Below are positions 40,701 to 54,900 of a stretch of DNA of 64,000 bases, piece after piece. A program made the translations under genes and the position numbers. Below the pieces are notes generated by a model. It was not told the origin of the DNA and made no database searches. It saw only the letters and a program-made list of their open reading frames with translations. How positions within the stretch are numbered: position 1 is the first letter of the stretch; every line of letters begins with the position of its first letter. This DNA is from Utricularia gibba (Eukaryota; Plantae; Magnoliophyta): contig CM007990.1 in assembly GCA_002189035.1 (NCBI GenBank), positions 2,604,001 to 2,668,000 of the forward strand. The letters are read 5' to 3'.

Positions 40701-43491
40701 CCCGACATCAACCAATTCAGTATGCTTCCCTCAACTGTGCACCTAAAAGTTAAATTCCCAACACCAAGGGGAATATGCATGCTAGATATCGACCGACCAG
40801 CCGCCCGGTTTTGTTATGTATCCTCTTGCCGCGAACCCTTCGCGAAGAAACCGAGAGTAATGGTGGTGGAGAAGGAACCCCGGGAACCTCCCAGACAAGC
40901 CATGGAACCGACGGAGTACAAATCCTTACAGCTAATACCGGAAGATACACAGAAGACGACAGCATTGGCACCAACTTGAACGCCGAGTTTGAAAGAAGAT
41001 TGGCGGAACTCCTAAGGAATAATGCCGATATTTTTGCATGGACTGCTACAGACTTTGTAGGAATCGATCGATTTGTCGCTGAGCATCACATTGATACCTA
41101 TCCGGGGGCAAAGCCAATTCAGCAGAAGCAGCGGCACTTTTCCAAAGAAAAGTGCCGAATTATCAAGGAGAAAACAAAGGAGCTTCTGGAAGTGAGTTAC
41201 GTGAGGGAGATCCAAAACTCGGAGTGGGTAGCCAATTCGGTCGTCGTCCCGAAGCCCAGGGGAAAATGGAGAATGTGCGTCGACTTCACCGATCTCAACG
41301 TCTGTTGTGAAAGGGACCCCTAGCCCTTACCAAAGATAGACAAACTAGTGGACGCCATTGCCGGATCCCTTTTTCTGAGCACCATGGACGCATATTCTGG
41401 ATATCACCAAATCTTCGTCGCAAAAAAGGACCAGCCAAAAACAACCTTCTACACTAAAGCTGGGGTTTACTGCTATGTCGCGATGCCTTTCGGTCTGAGG
41501 AATGTTGGGGCGACTTATCAAAAATTGGTGAAAAAAATCTTTTCCTCTAAAATCGGAACTTCTATGGAGGTATATGTGGACGATATGATCGTTAAGTCAA
41601 TGAATGAAGAGGATCATTTGACGTATTTGGATTTCTTTTTCTCTCTATGTCGGTCATATAGATTAAAACTCAACCCATTGAATGGTTGCTTTGGAGTGCA
41701 GAGCGGAAAGTTCCTCGGACACTATGTATCGGAAAGAGGAATTGAAGCTGACCCCGAGAAGATCAAGGCAATATGCGAAATGCAACCCCTGAGGACGATA
41801 AAGGAATATCAGAGCCTCATAGGTAAACTAGCTGCCCTCAGCCGCTTCATATCTCGGTCTGCTGACAAGTTGGCGTCTTTCTTCAAGGCCTTGCGAAAGG
41901 GAAATGCATTAGAATGGAACGAAGATTGTCAGATCGCTTTCGAGAAGCTCAAAGAATATCTCTCCTCGCCACCGCTTCTAATGGCTCCCAGGGAAGGGGA
42001 GCCCCTAGGGCTTTACCTATCAATATCGCCCGTTGCGGTAAGTGCTGTCCTAACAACCATCTCGGGAGATAAGCACTTGCCGGTGTATTACGTGACCAAG
42101 GTCTTGCTGTCGGCTGAAACTCGATACACAGTAACAGAGAAGTTCATCTTGGCTCTGAAAATGGCTGCCACAAAGCTCCGATCATATTTCCAGGATCGAC
42201 ACATCGATCCCTTGAAGAATATCCTATCTCGACCTAAGATTCTGGAAGGGTTGCCAAACGGGCGGTCGAATTGAGTACGATGGATATTGAATTTAAATCG
42301 AGAACAGCAATCAAGGCCCAACCTCTTGCCGATTTCGTGGTAGAAATGACCCGGCGTATTGACCGTTTCATGGAAACTAATGACCGTTAGGCCATGTATG
42401 TTGACAGTTCAACATACATCCGGACTCTGGATAGGGAACACATTTATATCACAGTGAAATTCTTGTTCCCCGCCTCCAACAATGTGGCCGAATATGAAGC
42501 CCTAGTGGAAGGAATGAAAATTGCCAGGGAGCTCGAAGTCGCGGAACTCGACGCTTATATCGATTCACGGCTTGTGCAAGGACAATTTTCGGGTGAATAT
42601 GAAACTCATGACCCCCTCATGGCTCTATATTGTGTCAAGGTAATGGAGTTAGCAAAGACCTTCAAGGAGTTCACCTTATCCCATGTTACACGAGAGGAAA
42701 ACGGATTCGTGGATAATCTCGCCAAATTGGCCACAAGATTTCCGGAGTTAAAAGAGGGGAGTGTGACGATCCGATTGCGGATTCACCTTCAGTAACCTTG
42801 CGGGCAGTAAATCACATTACTCAGCAACCAGGGAACGACATCTTTTCGCAACTGAACCTTTTCGAGGATTGGAAATTACCCTATATCCGGTACCTACAAA
42901 GAGGAGAAACACCACTTGAAAAATTGGAAGCCCGACGGTTGGAGACTAGGGCGAAGAGATATACACTGGTGAATGGGAATCTTTATCGTAGATCCCTTGA
43001 CGGTCCCCTATTGAAGTGTATTGGGAAAGAGCACTCTCAAGAGCTTATAGCTGATTTGCATGAAGGAGAGTGTGGCGCTCACATCGGCTTACGATCTCTA
43101 TGCCGGAAGGTTTTGAGAAGCGGATATTATTGGCCGACCATGAGGCAGGATATTACTGAAATGGTGAGGAAATGTAAGGTGTGCCAATATCACGCCAACA
43201 TGCCGAGAAAACCGGTAAACGACCTGACCGTTCTTCCACTCTCATGCCCATTTGACCGATGGGGGGTAAATATTATGGGACCATTCCCCCAAACGTCAGG
43301 TCAGAAGAAGTTTATCGTCGTAGGAGTTGAGTATTTTTGCAAATGGGTAGAGGCCGAATCTTTAGCTAGGATATCAGAGGAGGTGGTTATCCGATTCCTA
43401 TGGAGAAACATCTTTATCAGATTCGGGATACCTCGGGAACTAGTGACCGACAATGGGACCCAATTTACTGGAGGAAGAATGGACGCATTCC

Positions 43492-44370
43492 TTATAAACG
43501 AAAAATGAGCAGAGTCATTAAATTGCAATTTTTCCTATCAAATAAATTATAACCTAATACACATTTTAGTATATAACAACTATGAGCATAGTGATTAGAG
43601 TCGAACACGAAGAGCAGGTGCTTGCTATGAGAAGCTTAACGCATGAAATCAGTGTCACGTTGGTAAAATTGGTTTTAGCTAGGACTAAGGTAGAACAAAA
43701 ACGAAATACAGTAAAGAAAAATAATAAGTTCTAGAGTTCGGTTGTTTCTGGAATGGAATGGGTGATGCCTTGGGACTCCTAGGGAATGTATGCTAATCAC
43801 TAAACAAACTCACACAAACCACAAATCATACAACTAACTCACAAGATCTAGGTCTACCCGGATTCTTGTTTTTCCCCCTAATCTTTGGTCTATCCTGGTT
43901 TGTTAAGGAAGTGACATGACTCATGGTTGTTTAGATCTAAAGATTGATTAGCATGTCTCTCCCCTTTTTACCCCAAGGCACCCCCCTAAGTACTTAGCCA
44001 CTCATGCTTAAGGTAAATGAAAGTGGAAAAGAAAACATCACCAACAGTGTGCTCATTTCACAGTCAAATACCAGAAAGCAAACAAGCAAGTAATGTGAAG
44101 TGTCAACAAAAAAACTGAAAAATGTCACTAGCTACTCCTAGCTAGGAGTGTTGTTCTTCGAAGACAGAAAATAATCTTGAACTTCAGCTTCATTCCTGTT
44201 TTTCTTCCTTCTCCTTCCTCCCCAGAAAACCTTCCCAGAAATTGTGTTCGTGAGTCTCCAAGGGGAGATCTACCTTCTCTCCCCACCTTTCTTTCCTTTT
44301 TGTCCAAAATCTCCCTTTTTTTTTCTTGGATTTTGTGTGTACCACTTTTCAGGCTTTTGGACTCATCTTC
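43492..44370 (-). mobile_element. Athila LTR fragment nested in the Tat integrase
   Basis: Homologous to 29560-30280. The integrase breaks after DNGTQFTGGRMDAF and resumes near RLGAYQRR, so its middle part is deleted; no TSD. Confidence 0.8.
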
Positions 44371-45449
44371 TGTCACTACACTATGCATATTCGGCTCCTT
44401 GGGATTTGTGTTGCAACCTGCACTACATTACTCGAACAAAACTATTAGCCGGCTAGGGGCTTATCAGAGAAGAACAGAAAGGAGTTACACTCGGTCCGTA
44501 TCCTTAAGGAAATTCTCGGAAGGATACTTGGTTCTCCAGAGCATCCAACCGCAAAGACATGTGGGAAAGTTAGATCGCAACTGGGAAGGCCCTTGCCGGG
44601 TTTCAAGGGTAATTGGAAAGGGGAGCAGTTAGACGCCGTGGAACTCCCAAGATCCTGGAACGCGATACATTTGAGGAAATTCTACGCCTAGTCGTCTCAA
44701 TTCCGATCCCTATCATAGATCCCCACTAGATTCGATATTTTCTTTGTCAAAACACATGGATGGTTATAAATTCCTCCAAACCGGAGAGGGGTTTGCAAGA
44801 CCATAAGCCCTGGCCAAGTCACATAAGCCCAAGCAAACCTTCTAAATCGGCGCCCCCTGTCGGGCACAACCAACCAATTCGGGGCCCTCCCAGAAGCATG
44901 TGATCTCCAAAGTCCACGCGCCAGTGATAAGGATAAGCCCTGGTACCGCTCAAGCACTGGTTCCCTAAAACCGTCCGCGTAAGCCCCAAAAAAGCCCTTA
45001 GGTTCAAACCTTACTGCCGAATCTCGAGACGGCAAGAGCACCCAAAGCAAATCCGCCCATGTTCAAAACAATGGGATTTCTTCCAGAAGAGGGCCCAATC
45101 GGATTGGGGGAGTCACTCAACCCATGAGAGGTCATAGTCTACTTCCCTAGCAGCGGTTCAGCTAGCGTAAGGAAATACTAAGCCAAACCAAAATCAAAAA
45201 GCCCAACCAAATGATTGGCAAGGGACATGCAACAAGTCGACTCGGGGCTCCCCGAAACAGATGACCTCTGAAATCCAGGCCCCTGTAACAAGGATAAGCC
45301 CCGACACGACTCGAGCACTGGATGCCTAAACCATTCGCATAAGCCCTGAAAAACCCCTCCAAAAAGCTCTAAGCAAGGTCCGTGCTTCTCAATTCGGATA
45401 TGGTAAACGCACTCGAAGCAGAGCCGAACATATCCCAAAAGCTTGAATC

Positions 45450-46665
45450 TTGCTCAAGAGGGTCTATCCATGTTGAGAAGATAACCCAACCCAGGTGAAG
45501 TTCTCGGTAAAAAAAAAATAGTCGGAATCAATCTGCAAAAGAAGGTAACAGTCGGAATCAGAGTCTCGTGATGATGGGTAAAAAAAAAAAAAAACCTACA
45601 TGAAGGGGGCTGCATCCGACTCTTGCACCCGACGCATCTCAGCCAAGAAGCGGGCCATGACCGAATCCTCCAAACCGCTTCTTCGGGCCATATCCTTAGC
45701 TGCAGATGAAAGTTAGAAAAACGGTGAAACAATGATGAAGAAATTACAAGCCGAAGATGCAGAACCTGGCTACTTCTTGTCTTTTTTGAAGGCTTCTGAG
45801 CACAAGCCTTAACCTTTTTCTTTTCTTTTGAGCCGGGGGCCGAGTAGAGGGCTCAAGAGCCGGATCAGAAGGAAAAGGGGTTATCGGATCAGGGCTGGAG
45901 AGTGCAGCCGAATCAGAAGGAACATTACGTGGAGACTGCAAAAGAAGCCGATATTTCAAATCGGAACCCGGAGGAATAAGAAAATCGGGTCACTGCCCAT
46001 CACGATTGCGGCCGACGATCCCGCACGCCAATAAGGAAGCTTGCAAAAGCATCAAGGCCCGAGACTCGAATCTAATAGAACACTCAGCCAGTCTCCGATA
46101 TACATCTCTACGAGAGTCATTAGAAGGGCGAAAGCGAGCGAACAGTTTCACTTTAAAAGGAGTGAGGGGTTTAATTAGAAAATTCCATCTAGTCCCAGAC
46201 GGAGGAGCGACCCAAACAAAGGAAGACCACCAATTGTGCTGAGTATCGGGAGCTTTTAGAATGAAATCGGGGTGATCCTCAAATCGGTGAAATTGAAAGT
46301 GAGAAAAACCGTGCATCAGGCACTTAGCTTTACGAACGGCGACCTTGAAAAGTTGGAAAAAATCCACCAGGGTCATATTCGGGTCCAAACCCACCCAATA
46401 GAAGAGAAAGGTGGTAGTTGGGGGAAAGAAAAAAAAGAGGAATAGCGAATATGTTCGAAAATTGGACGATAAGGGGATGAAGAGGAAAGCGGAGACCACT
46501 CTCCAGATAAGCTAGGGGGATTGGAAGGCTAAATCGGGGAAGGGGTCGTTTCCCCGTTCCCCACGGAATCTGGCAATCCCTAGCCTGGCTAACAATATAC
46601 TCATCGAGGATCGAGTATTTTGCCAGAATGGTTGAAATGCTCAACTCGCTAGATTTTCTACCCAT
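45450..46665 (-). pseudogene. Antisense accessory ORF of the Tat/Retand element (gypsy-type Transposase_28-like domain)
   Basis: ATG at 46665; YLESGLRFPLHPLIVQFSNIFAIPLFFLSPN matches the GLRxPLHPF...QLxPN motif of this domain; frameshifted. Confidence 0.7.
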
Positions 46666-48268
46666 CGAAACTGAAAGAATCGAAAAGCAGAAATAGGAAT
46701 GAACGGAAAGAGCCCTCAGAAACAGAAAACACAGATAGGTGACCCAAACCACCAAAACTGAGCGGAAAAAGAGGAGGAATAGACCGATACCATTGAAAAC
46801 CTTGAATTCTAATGAGGTTCGCGGCGGCGGAGCAGATGACGAGCAGGACAGGATTCAAAGAGCACTGGAATCTCGTGAGGGAACAATGGAAACAAAGGGG
46901 AGAAGTGACGGAAGGAGTGCGTATTTATAGAAAAGGTACTCGGGAGGTGAAACGACGCGACGTTTGAGGTGCCAAGGATGAGCGGGAAAAACGTGGCATG
47001 ACCTAGAGATGACACACGGCGAGGGAGTCGTACTAAATGGGCATGAGATTCAATCCCTGGGAAATCGGTACACTCAAAATCACTATGGTTGTGATTCTGA
47101 TTCACCGACTTGCCCCGGAAGGGTCCACATTGGCAAATCAGAGGGGCTGAATGATAGGATACTGATAGGATACAAATCGGTTGAGGATAATCGGTTTTTT
47201 GAAAGGCTGCCAAGCGGGGTTTTTGATGAGACAATGCATGTCGACAGATCGATATGTGTCAGAAGATCTGACAAGGACAGTGTGGCTCAATCTAAAGAGT
47301 AACCGAGTCACAGCAAAATGGGCGGCGATTGTCTGAAAAGCAAGATCATAGCACAAGTGAAGAAAGGTAGTCGACACCTGCGAAGCTCATGATTCGGTCG
47401 GGTCGGCCTCCCCTATAAATAGAAGAAATCATAACAGAGAGAGGGTTCGATCTCAAGCCTCCCACCTGTACTTCTCTTCACCACATCCCTCTAGTAAGAA
47501 CTTTTTTCGGTGAGCTCTGACAGCTCCGTGGTTTCCACGTAAAAATCTTTGTCTCCCCCCCGCTCCCGTTAACCAAACTGAAAAAATCGTGAACAACATA
47601 GGAAGGTACGGAATTTCCCGATCGCACCTTTCACCCGAAAATCGGTCCCTTCACAAACATTGTTTTTCACCCATAACACTATTGACTAGCCTTTTCTTGA
47701 CATGTCAAGTACCACATATATATTTGTTATTTTATTAGTCTTACTTCCTATGGACAAGCCATTATTGCTAGGGGTATGCGTCCACAATCCCATACATTTT
47801 CTAACCATACCACATATAGAACCAAGTTTTGGAACACTTGAAAAGTATTGCATGGATTCCTCTATTTGTCCTCGAAAGTCAAGCAACTTGCATCATCTAT
47901 ATGGTAACAAGGGTGGCTCTCTTATGCAAAAGGATGCAAGTTATAACAACTCTCTAAATAAAGATATGAACCTTCTTTTGGAAATCAAAATAGTTTGTAA
48001 GAGTTTAAAAGCTAGTATGAAACATGTAGAATAAAAAGTTTCCAAAGGATCTTAAAAGTTATAAAAAGTTAACTCACAGAAACAACACCTTTACAATACC
48101 ATAAAGTGAAGCAGCAAAGCATTCATCCCTATACTAAAAAATGTTCATCCTACTCACTGCCTCCACTACCTCCTCCCTATACTTGAGTGGTCTCTAATGC
48201 ATTATATAGCTTCCCGTGCACTTGTTTTTCCTTGTAACCCTTATGCCTATTTGAAAACTCCAAAATTG

Positions 48269-48291
48269 ATATATATATATATATATATATT
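48269..48291. repeat. (AT)n microsatellite
   Basis: About 11 AT units. Confidence 0.9.
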
Positions 48292-50747
48292 CGTGAACAC
48301 CTCAACCTATTTTCCTCCAAGTCATTATTAAAATGTGTATTTGGAGGGCATATGGTTATAGGAATTTCAAACAGTTGGCATTTTGCTACTAGTTCTACCA
48401 ATTCTTTTCCCCTTACCTCCCCTTTTGCAAAAGATCCAAGTAATTTTGATGATTGTAACACAAACTAGTGGCCTTGCTTTGTCTCACCAATTCAATTTGG
48501 AAATTTAGATTAAATAAGGAAACATGCTTTTTACTAAGTCTTCACAGCCCCCTCATGCTTCAATGCATAAAATAGAAATGACTTAAGAGGATCTACCTAA
48601 AAAATTCACAACATAGAAATAACCTGATGGAAGATAAGCGACGAACCCTATCAATAGAAATAAGCAAATGGAAATGAAGTTTACAATATACAATGATGAT
48701 CATTGAGAAAGAACTATCCATTACAGCAAAAATAGCCCGGATCAGGAAATTAGCTTATTATCAAAACATGTTCGCCTGGTCCCCTAAAGGCCACTAGGGA
48801 ATCAATCATAGAGTGGCCTTCCATGAGATTAATATCGATCCAAACGTGATCCTGATCAAGTGGAAAAGGAAAAGGTATGAAAGTTGACCTTGCTACCATT
48901 CTAAAAATTGAATGGTTGACAATACATAATAGTCTATGAATGAAATCTAAACAATCTGATCGTCCATAAACACATGATTTTGAAAATTTTGTCATGCTTT
49001 TTGAATTTTTCCACCTAAGAAAATGAAATACCAGGCCACATGGAAATTGGAAAATATATATCTGACTTCATTGATTTGAAAAAAAAACTTGTGAATGTGA
49101 TCCACATCCCCTTTTATAAATAGCTTGGTGGATGTACACTATGTAGAGCATGATAGATGTGGCTTAGTGGTACCACTTTTACCTGTGATGATCATGTATA
49201 TTGGTATGTGGTGAGACATTTTGGGTTGAAGAGTGTTAGGAACTGATCCACAGATGCTAAATAAGATCTTTCACCCCCTACATTTTGGTGTATGTGGTTG
49301 ATATGATTGTAAAATAGAAGGATAATGAAATTATGCTCATTTCGTACTTGTCCCAATGTTTCTACACTATCATAGGATATTAACTCAAGTTGAACCTTGA
49401 GAAATGTTGTTTTGGATTAAGTGACGAATGGAAAATTCTAAAGGTGTGTAGCCCAAAAGTTTTCCCCATTAAAAGATATTTATAAGGTGAACAAAGATTC
49501 TACATCTCATTCACAAAGAAAATAATGTAATAATTTAAATTTTTAGTCTTATGTGTAAGTGGGATTAAACATGGGGTTCTTTTCTAGAAATAGGTTTCTA
49601 TTCTAATGAAATTAGAAAAATCCAATCTGGCTTCTACACTAAATCAGCATTTTTAGAAATTTAAAAGTAAACATTTCACTTAATTCAAAAATTAACCATG
49701 CTTAAAAGAAAACTAAAAATCCTGAAGTTACTACTTTAATTCGCATGCAAAAACAGAAAAGAAAATCATGAAAAAAGCATGTTGAGCAGATGAAGGCATT
49801 CAAACATGGTTCATGTTCAAGCAAGAACTGTAAAACACTCACAAGTTCATGAAAGTAAGTGCAAAAAGAAAGTGTGCAGAAAATAAAAAAAGTCTTATAC
49901 TACTCTAGTTCAGTTCTCGCGTAAGCTTCTTCTTCTTCTTCTCAAGTAGGATATCTTTCGACTTCACTGTGGGAGTTCCTGGTTCTGCTACTATTCTAGA
50001 CGTTCAAGGTAGTTATGGTGCCAGGCTATAGCTTGCTTCCGTCGTCTTCTTCTCCTCAAACAACTGATTCTTAGACTTCTTGGGTGACAGTCTTGCTTCG
50101 TGTTGGGTCCTGGACGTTGAAGGTTGCTTTCAGTGTCACATTGGAACTGTTTCTCCTTCGTCTTCTTCCAGAAATCAACTCAAACTTGCCAGAAAAATGG
50201 CTTCTGGCGTCAAAATTCTTTCTTCCCTCTCTACTCAATCCTGCCTACCCATGTTGTGTGCCATGGGGATGCTCCCACGTCAGGTACTCTTATCTTATTG
50301 CACATGCATATATCTTTTTCTCTTTGCTTTTGGATGAATAATTACTGTGCAGAATTGTCAGAATATACAGCCTAGCCCAAATGAGCTGGTTGTTCCTAGG
50401 TTAGAATGAACAATAACCTCAGCCCAACCAACGGATCAAAACAAAATAAGCCCAAAACAGCCTTTTACCCAAAATAAATTTACTAACATTAATTTTGACC
50501 TTTTTCCCTACTCTAACTCACCCAATTCCTTACTCTAATGCTAAAATTACCACAAATATGATCAATTTTGATACAACATCACACTATCTTACAACGACAA
50601 TAGACTTGTCCTCAAGACTCATCATCCAAAGTATCATTAGAGTTGAAGCTTAAGGTCAATTGAAACATGTTCCTCAAGTATTGAGAAGATGGTTATCACC
50701 ATTGAAATAGTTGTGACCAAGTTGCGACCATGTTTTGAAGGGGAAGA

Positions 50748-51922
50748 TGATAAACGAAAATTCATAATGTCATTGCCAAAATAGAATTTTTGTATCAAAT
50801 AAATTTATAATCCCTAATTCTCATAAAATACAAATTAAACACAAAATGTAAAGTGAAATTCAAAATCAATCACAAGGAGCTGGTGCTTGCAAAGTGTTTT
50901 AGCAAATGGAGAATTGAGAAAAAACATTATTCTTAGTCTAAGTGCAAACTAATAATAGTATGTAAGTTTAGTAAACAATATCATTTCAATGCTGAAAATA
51001 ACAAGTACTAGTTCTAATACTAAGTAACACTAAGATCCCATAAGGGTATGTAGGTAATGTAGTGCAAAGGTTTCTAATTTCATCACAATGTTTCTATACT
51101 CACAACTCCAAATAATTTAAGTCTACCCCAGTCATTTGTCATGTTTTGTGTTAACATAGCCCCTAATTTCATCACCCATCCCACACTTAGGTCTACCCCT
51201 GTGCGAAATATGTAGAACTAGGTCTATCCGGCTCTACTGGTTCTACCTAGGACAAGCACCTACAATTCTCATATTGATTTGTTGCTCTATCTCTAAATCA
51301 AGCATCTGAATTGCAAAGTTATTCATTTTCCTCCTTAGGTTTACCCATGGAATGATAGAAAAAAAAAAGCTAAGAAAGAATGATTAAACATAGCTTGAAT
51401 CAATAGCGTTGAACTAGGTTTCGGTGCTTGTTCTTCACATTTGAAATTTTTCCTTTGGAAAATCGTCTCCTTCTTTCTTGCTTCATGTTCTTCCTCCCTC
51501 TCTTGGGGTCTGGTCTCGTCCTTCCGTCTTCTTCTCTCTTCAAAAATATCTTACTTCTTTTTTTTTCATTTTTCAAGGTCAGGACAATGTTCCTGACATC
51601 CATATTGTTCTTCGCATGAACTTGCAGACTGTAGTTTGCAGAATAGTGCATTTTGTCTTCTCTTTTACGCTACACGAGTCTACTAGGTGGCTGCCTACGT
51701 GAAATGTTTGTCTTTTCCTTGATTACAAAGCCTTGTTGCTGAACTAGACAAAAGTTTAATAACGTGGAATAGGCTAAATGCAAGAATTTTGCCCCTTAAC
51801 ATACAAAATCACACCATGCTCTAAATTCTAATAAAATACTAAAAACTATAAGAAAAATAATTGAAACATGATTAAAAAACATAATTTTCTAATCATAAAA
51901 GAGGAAAATTTGTGCGTTATCA
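50748..51922 (-). mobile_element. Athila-family solo LTR, TSD GAAGA/GAGGA (one mismatch)
   Basis: TGATAAACG...GCGTTATCA; reverse complement matches the 2945 LTR at both ends. Confidence 0.82.
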
Positions 51923-54900
51923 GAGGAGCATCAAGATATTCACTAATCTATCACTTTAAGCCAAGCTTTTCCAACCTGAAGTTGGATAGAAGAAGATGAA
52001 AGGTGGATAGTACAATTCAATACTTTTGACATAGAGATGATGCCGAGAATATTTATAAAGGCTCAAGTCATTCGAGATTTTGTAGTAGAAGTGGCACCTT
52101 GAGATGTATTCTTAGGTAATTAGATTTGTGGTGCCTACATATTGCTGGCTGCACTTCTTAATGGATTTCAATTCAACCACCAACTTCCTTGCCCTCTAGG
52201 CATCAAGGTCTTCTAGGTTCTTGTAAACTCATCGGGTGAACACTTGCGAGTAGAAAACAGGTCCTTGTCATTAGGTGGAAGCCTCTAGGTGTATCTCTTT
52301 GTCTTCTAGATAGTAAAGAGGATCCCATTTCTCTTATAGTTTTCTTAGGGAAAAGGTCTCCTAAAATTTGGGCCTTGTTAGTGAGTGCTAGATCCTTCTT
52401 AAGCTCCTTTTTAGATTAGACTCCTTTCAAATGAGTTGTACGTAATCCCAGATATTCCTTAGTGAGGTTCAAGAATGCTTCCATTATGGCCCTCAACTTC
52501 TAGAAGAAAATGATGGCATTGGCTTCAAGATAAGAGTTACATAAAGCAACTTATGAAGCATGAGTGAGAGGGTTGCATTATTTGAATCGATCCCATTATA
52601 TCTGATGTCCTATAATTTCTCCATCTACTTAAGAAGCAACTATACTTGAGGCCCATACTATGCACTAATAATAAACTTATAGAAATAGAGTTGTCTTTCT
52701 CTTGCTCAAGAGGAATTCTTAGAGGACTAGCCTCATCCCATAGAGGATGTCATCCCATAGAGGATGTCAAATATTATGGGTTTTACGGATTTTTAGTTGT
52801 TTTTACTAGAATTCATATAACATCAACATTATTTTAGGCTAGATTTGGAAAGCAAATTAATAATAAAGAGATGATAACCATGAAAACAAGAAAATTGGAG
52901 GTGCTCACATGCTAGAAGAAAAAGATTCAAAATTAATATGATAAGGTACATGAAGAATCAATGTTCCCAAAAAGTGATAATAATATTGGAGGATTTTTCA
53001 CCTTTCCTTGTATGCTGTCCTTTACTAAATGTCAATCCTTCTTTCTTCTTGGTTCTGATCTTATACCTGCAAAAACTTAAGTGATAAGTTGAGACTTTTG
53101 TTTTTTTTTTTTTTTTGTATCTTTCTATCCATATCTCTGGCACGAGGATATATTCCCCCATTTTACAAAAGAAGGTTGACTCCCGATACACAACAAAAGA
53201 GTAAGGGCAAAGATAGAAAAGGAGCTCGAAGAAATAGTGAGTATCAAGATTCCTTGTCATTCTTCAAAACTCTTATTATCTTGAGCTTTAAAGATTCCTT
53301 AGTCATCTCAATGGGACTCCCTTGAGTAACTCCTTTATTGAGCATCAAGCATTCATGATTTCAAGCCTTTTTTTATATCCCTCAAGCTCTATCGTTCCTT
53401 GGAATTGCGGCATTGTCCTCCTAGGGTTGAAGGGGATAATTTCCTTGTCAATATGCATACCTCGTCATTCTCTCATTACAATTCCAACATGTGGAAGATT
53501 CATGACATGCGTTCATTAATTAGGGATTGCAAGCATGGGATGTTTTTAATAAAGCTTGGATTGAGAGATTCAAAGATATAATCATAATTTCATATGTAGA
53601 ACTACTAAATACTTTTACTTTAAATCCTCATACCAAATGAAAAATAAAAATGAATAATGTTGCATGTCATTATTCAATAAATTTTAAACAAAAAAATGTA
53701 AATTCACTAAAGCATAATATGAGTGTTGATTACAAGGAGATGAAATTAATGAAAGATAAAATTTCTTCCAAATACAATTATCATGATTTGTTAATGGGTT
53801 TTGGAAGGTGTAATAAACAACAAACCAAACTAAAGTAATGGGACTTGAAAAGGGAAATGTTCTTTGGACTAGATTCCATTTCATTTCATATGTATCCTTA
53901 CGCTAGCTCTCTTTTTGGTTGTTTTGGGTAGATGGTTGTATGAGCAAGTAACTAATTACACTCCCTTACACTCTCATATAAAGAGGTATGAGAATTATTC
54001 AATATTACTACCCCTTAGAGGATCAAAAAGACGAGAGGAAATAATCTTCTACTATTCTTAAGATTGAATTCTACACCTATGCCCAATGTTGGCAATGACT
54101 GAATTGCCCAAATATGAGTACGTTATATATCCAGTAAGGTAGAGTACTATTACAAGCAAATCACTCTCCCTTCCAAAAGGATAGGAGGTGGCGTTTTTCA
54201 ATTTATACCTTATCAAAATTCATAAGCATTGATTAGTTATTCAGGAATTTTGACTAAAAGATGTTGTAAAAAGACTACAACATATGTGAGTAATATATGA
54301 AACCCAAAAGAAGCTTAGAAAGAACATAAGATTAGTTGCTCAAAAATATGAAAAAAGATTCATCCAAATCTAAAACAAAGTGCTCGACCATGAATGAAAT
54401 TAAAAAGTAGAAATCAAAAGTAAGGTTCAAAGTCATGTATTTCACATGTTATAACTCATCATTAAAAATCATGAAATAGCATTTTCAATAAAATCTGTTC
54501 TCCTTTACTATTAAACAATCATGGCACATTTTTAAACATCTATTCACCTACGTTCTTCAACCATATACTATCTTTAAATAGTTTAGAAAAAAGAAAAGCA
54601 AAAAATGGAAATAATAAAAAAAACTATACTCATCTAAGAATCTGTTCCAAGACCTTAATTAAACAATTCTATATAATTTAATATAGAAATTAACATTAAA
54701 AATAAAAATAAAATCCTAATTAACAAATCTGATCTACCTTTAAATCCACAATCCCCTTTTAAATATATTCAACATCTTAAAACTAAATAAACTAAACTCG
54801 AACTACATACAAACTCAAGTATCATATGGACCTACAAAGCATTTTTTGTTATACATTTAACATAAAACTCCCACCATTTCAATTGTTTTAAAATCTTCAA

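Larger units (their letters stand above)
38093..47678 (+). mobile_element. Full-length Tat/Retand Ty3/gypsy retrotransposon (defective), TSD CTATT
   Basis: LTRs 38093-38639 and 47152-47678; PBS TGCGCCTACCGTGGGGCC after the 5' LTR; PPT AGAGGGGCTGAA; gag from 38716 with CEIHKTMGHDTVNC knuckle; protease ILIDQGSS; RT YVDDM; RNase H plus a second RNase H (SNNVAEYEAL); integrase ending at TAG 44691; CTATT at 38088-38092 and 47679-47683. Confidence 0.95.
47684..54000. mobile_element. Mosaic of degenerate gypsy fragments (RT, RNase H, gag, LTR pieces)
   Basis: VFMDD-type RT on minus (about 48950-49000); KLNLEKCCFG on plus (about 49385-49420); IKAQVIRDFVVE (about 52060-52090); much of the interval could not be assigned. 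Confidence 0.55.

Noticed and set aside
38088-47377. Near-identical ORFs at 36423, 38088 and 47138 (MSTTFLHLCYDL...)
   Set aside because: Translations of three copies of the same LTR, not a gene family.
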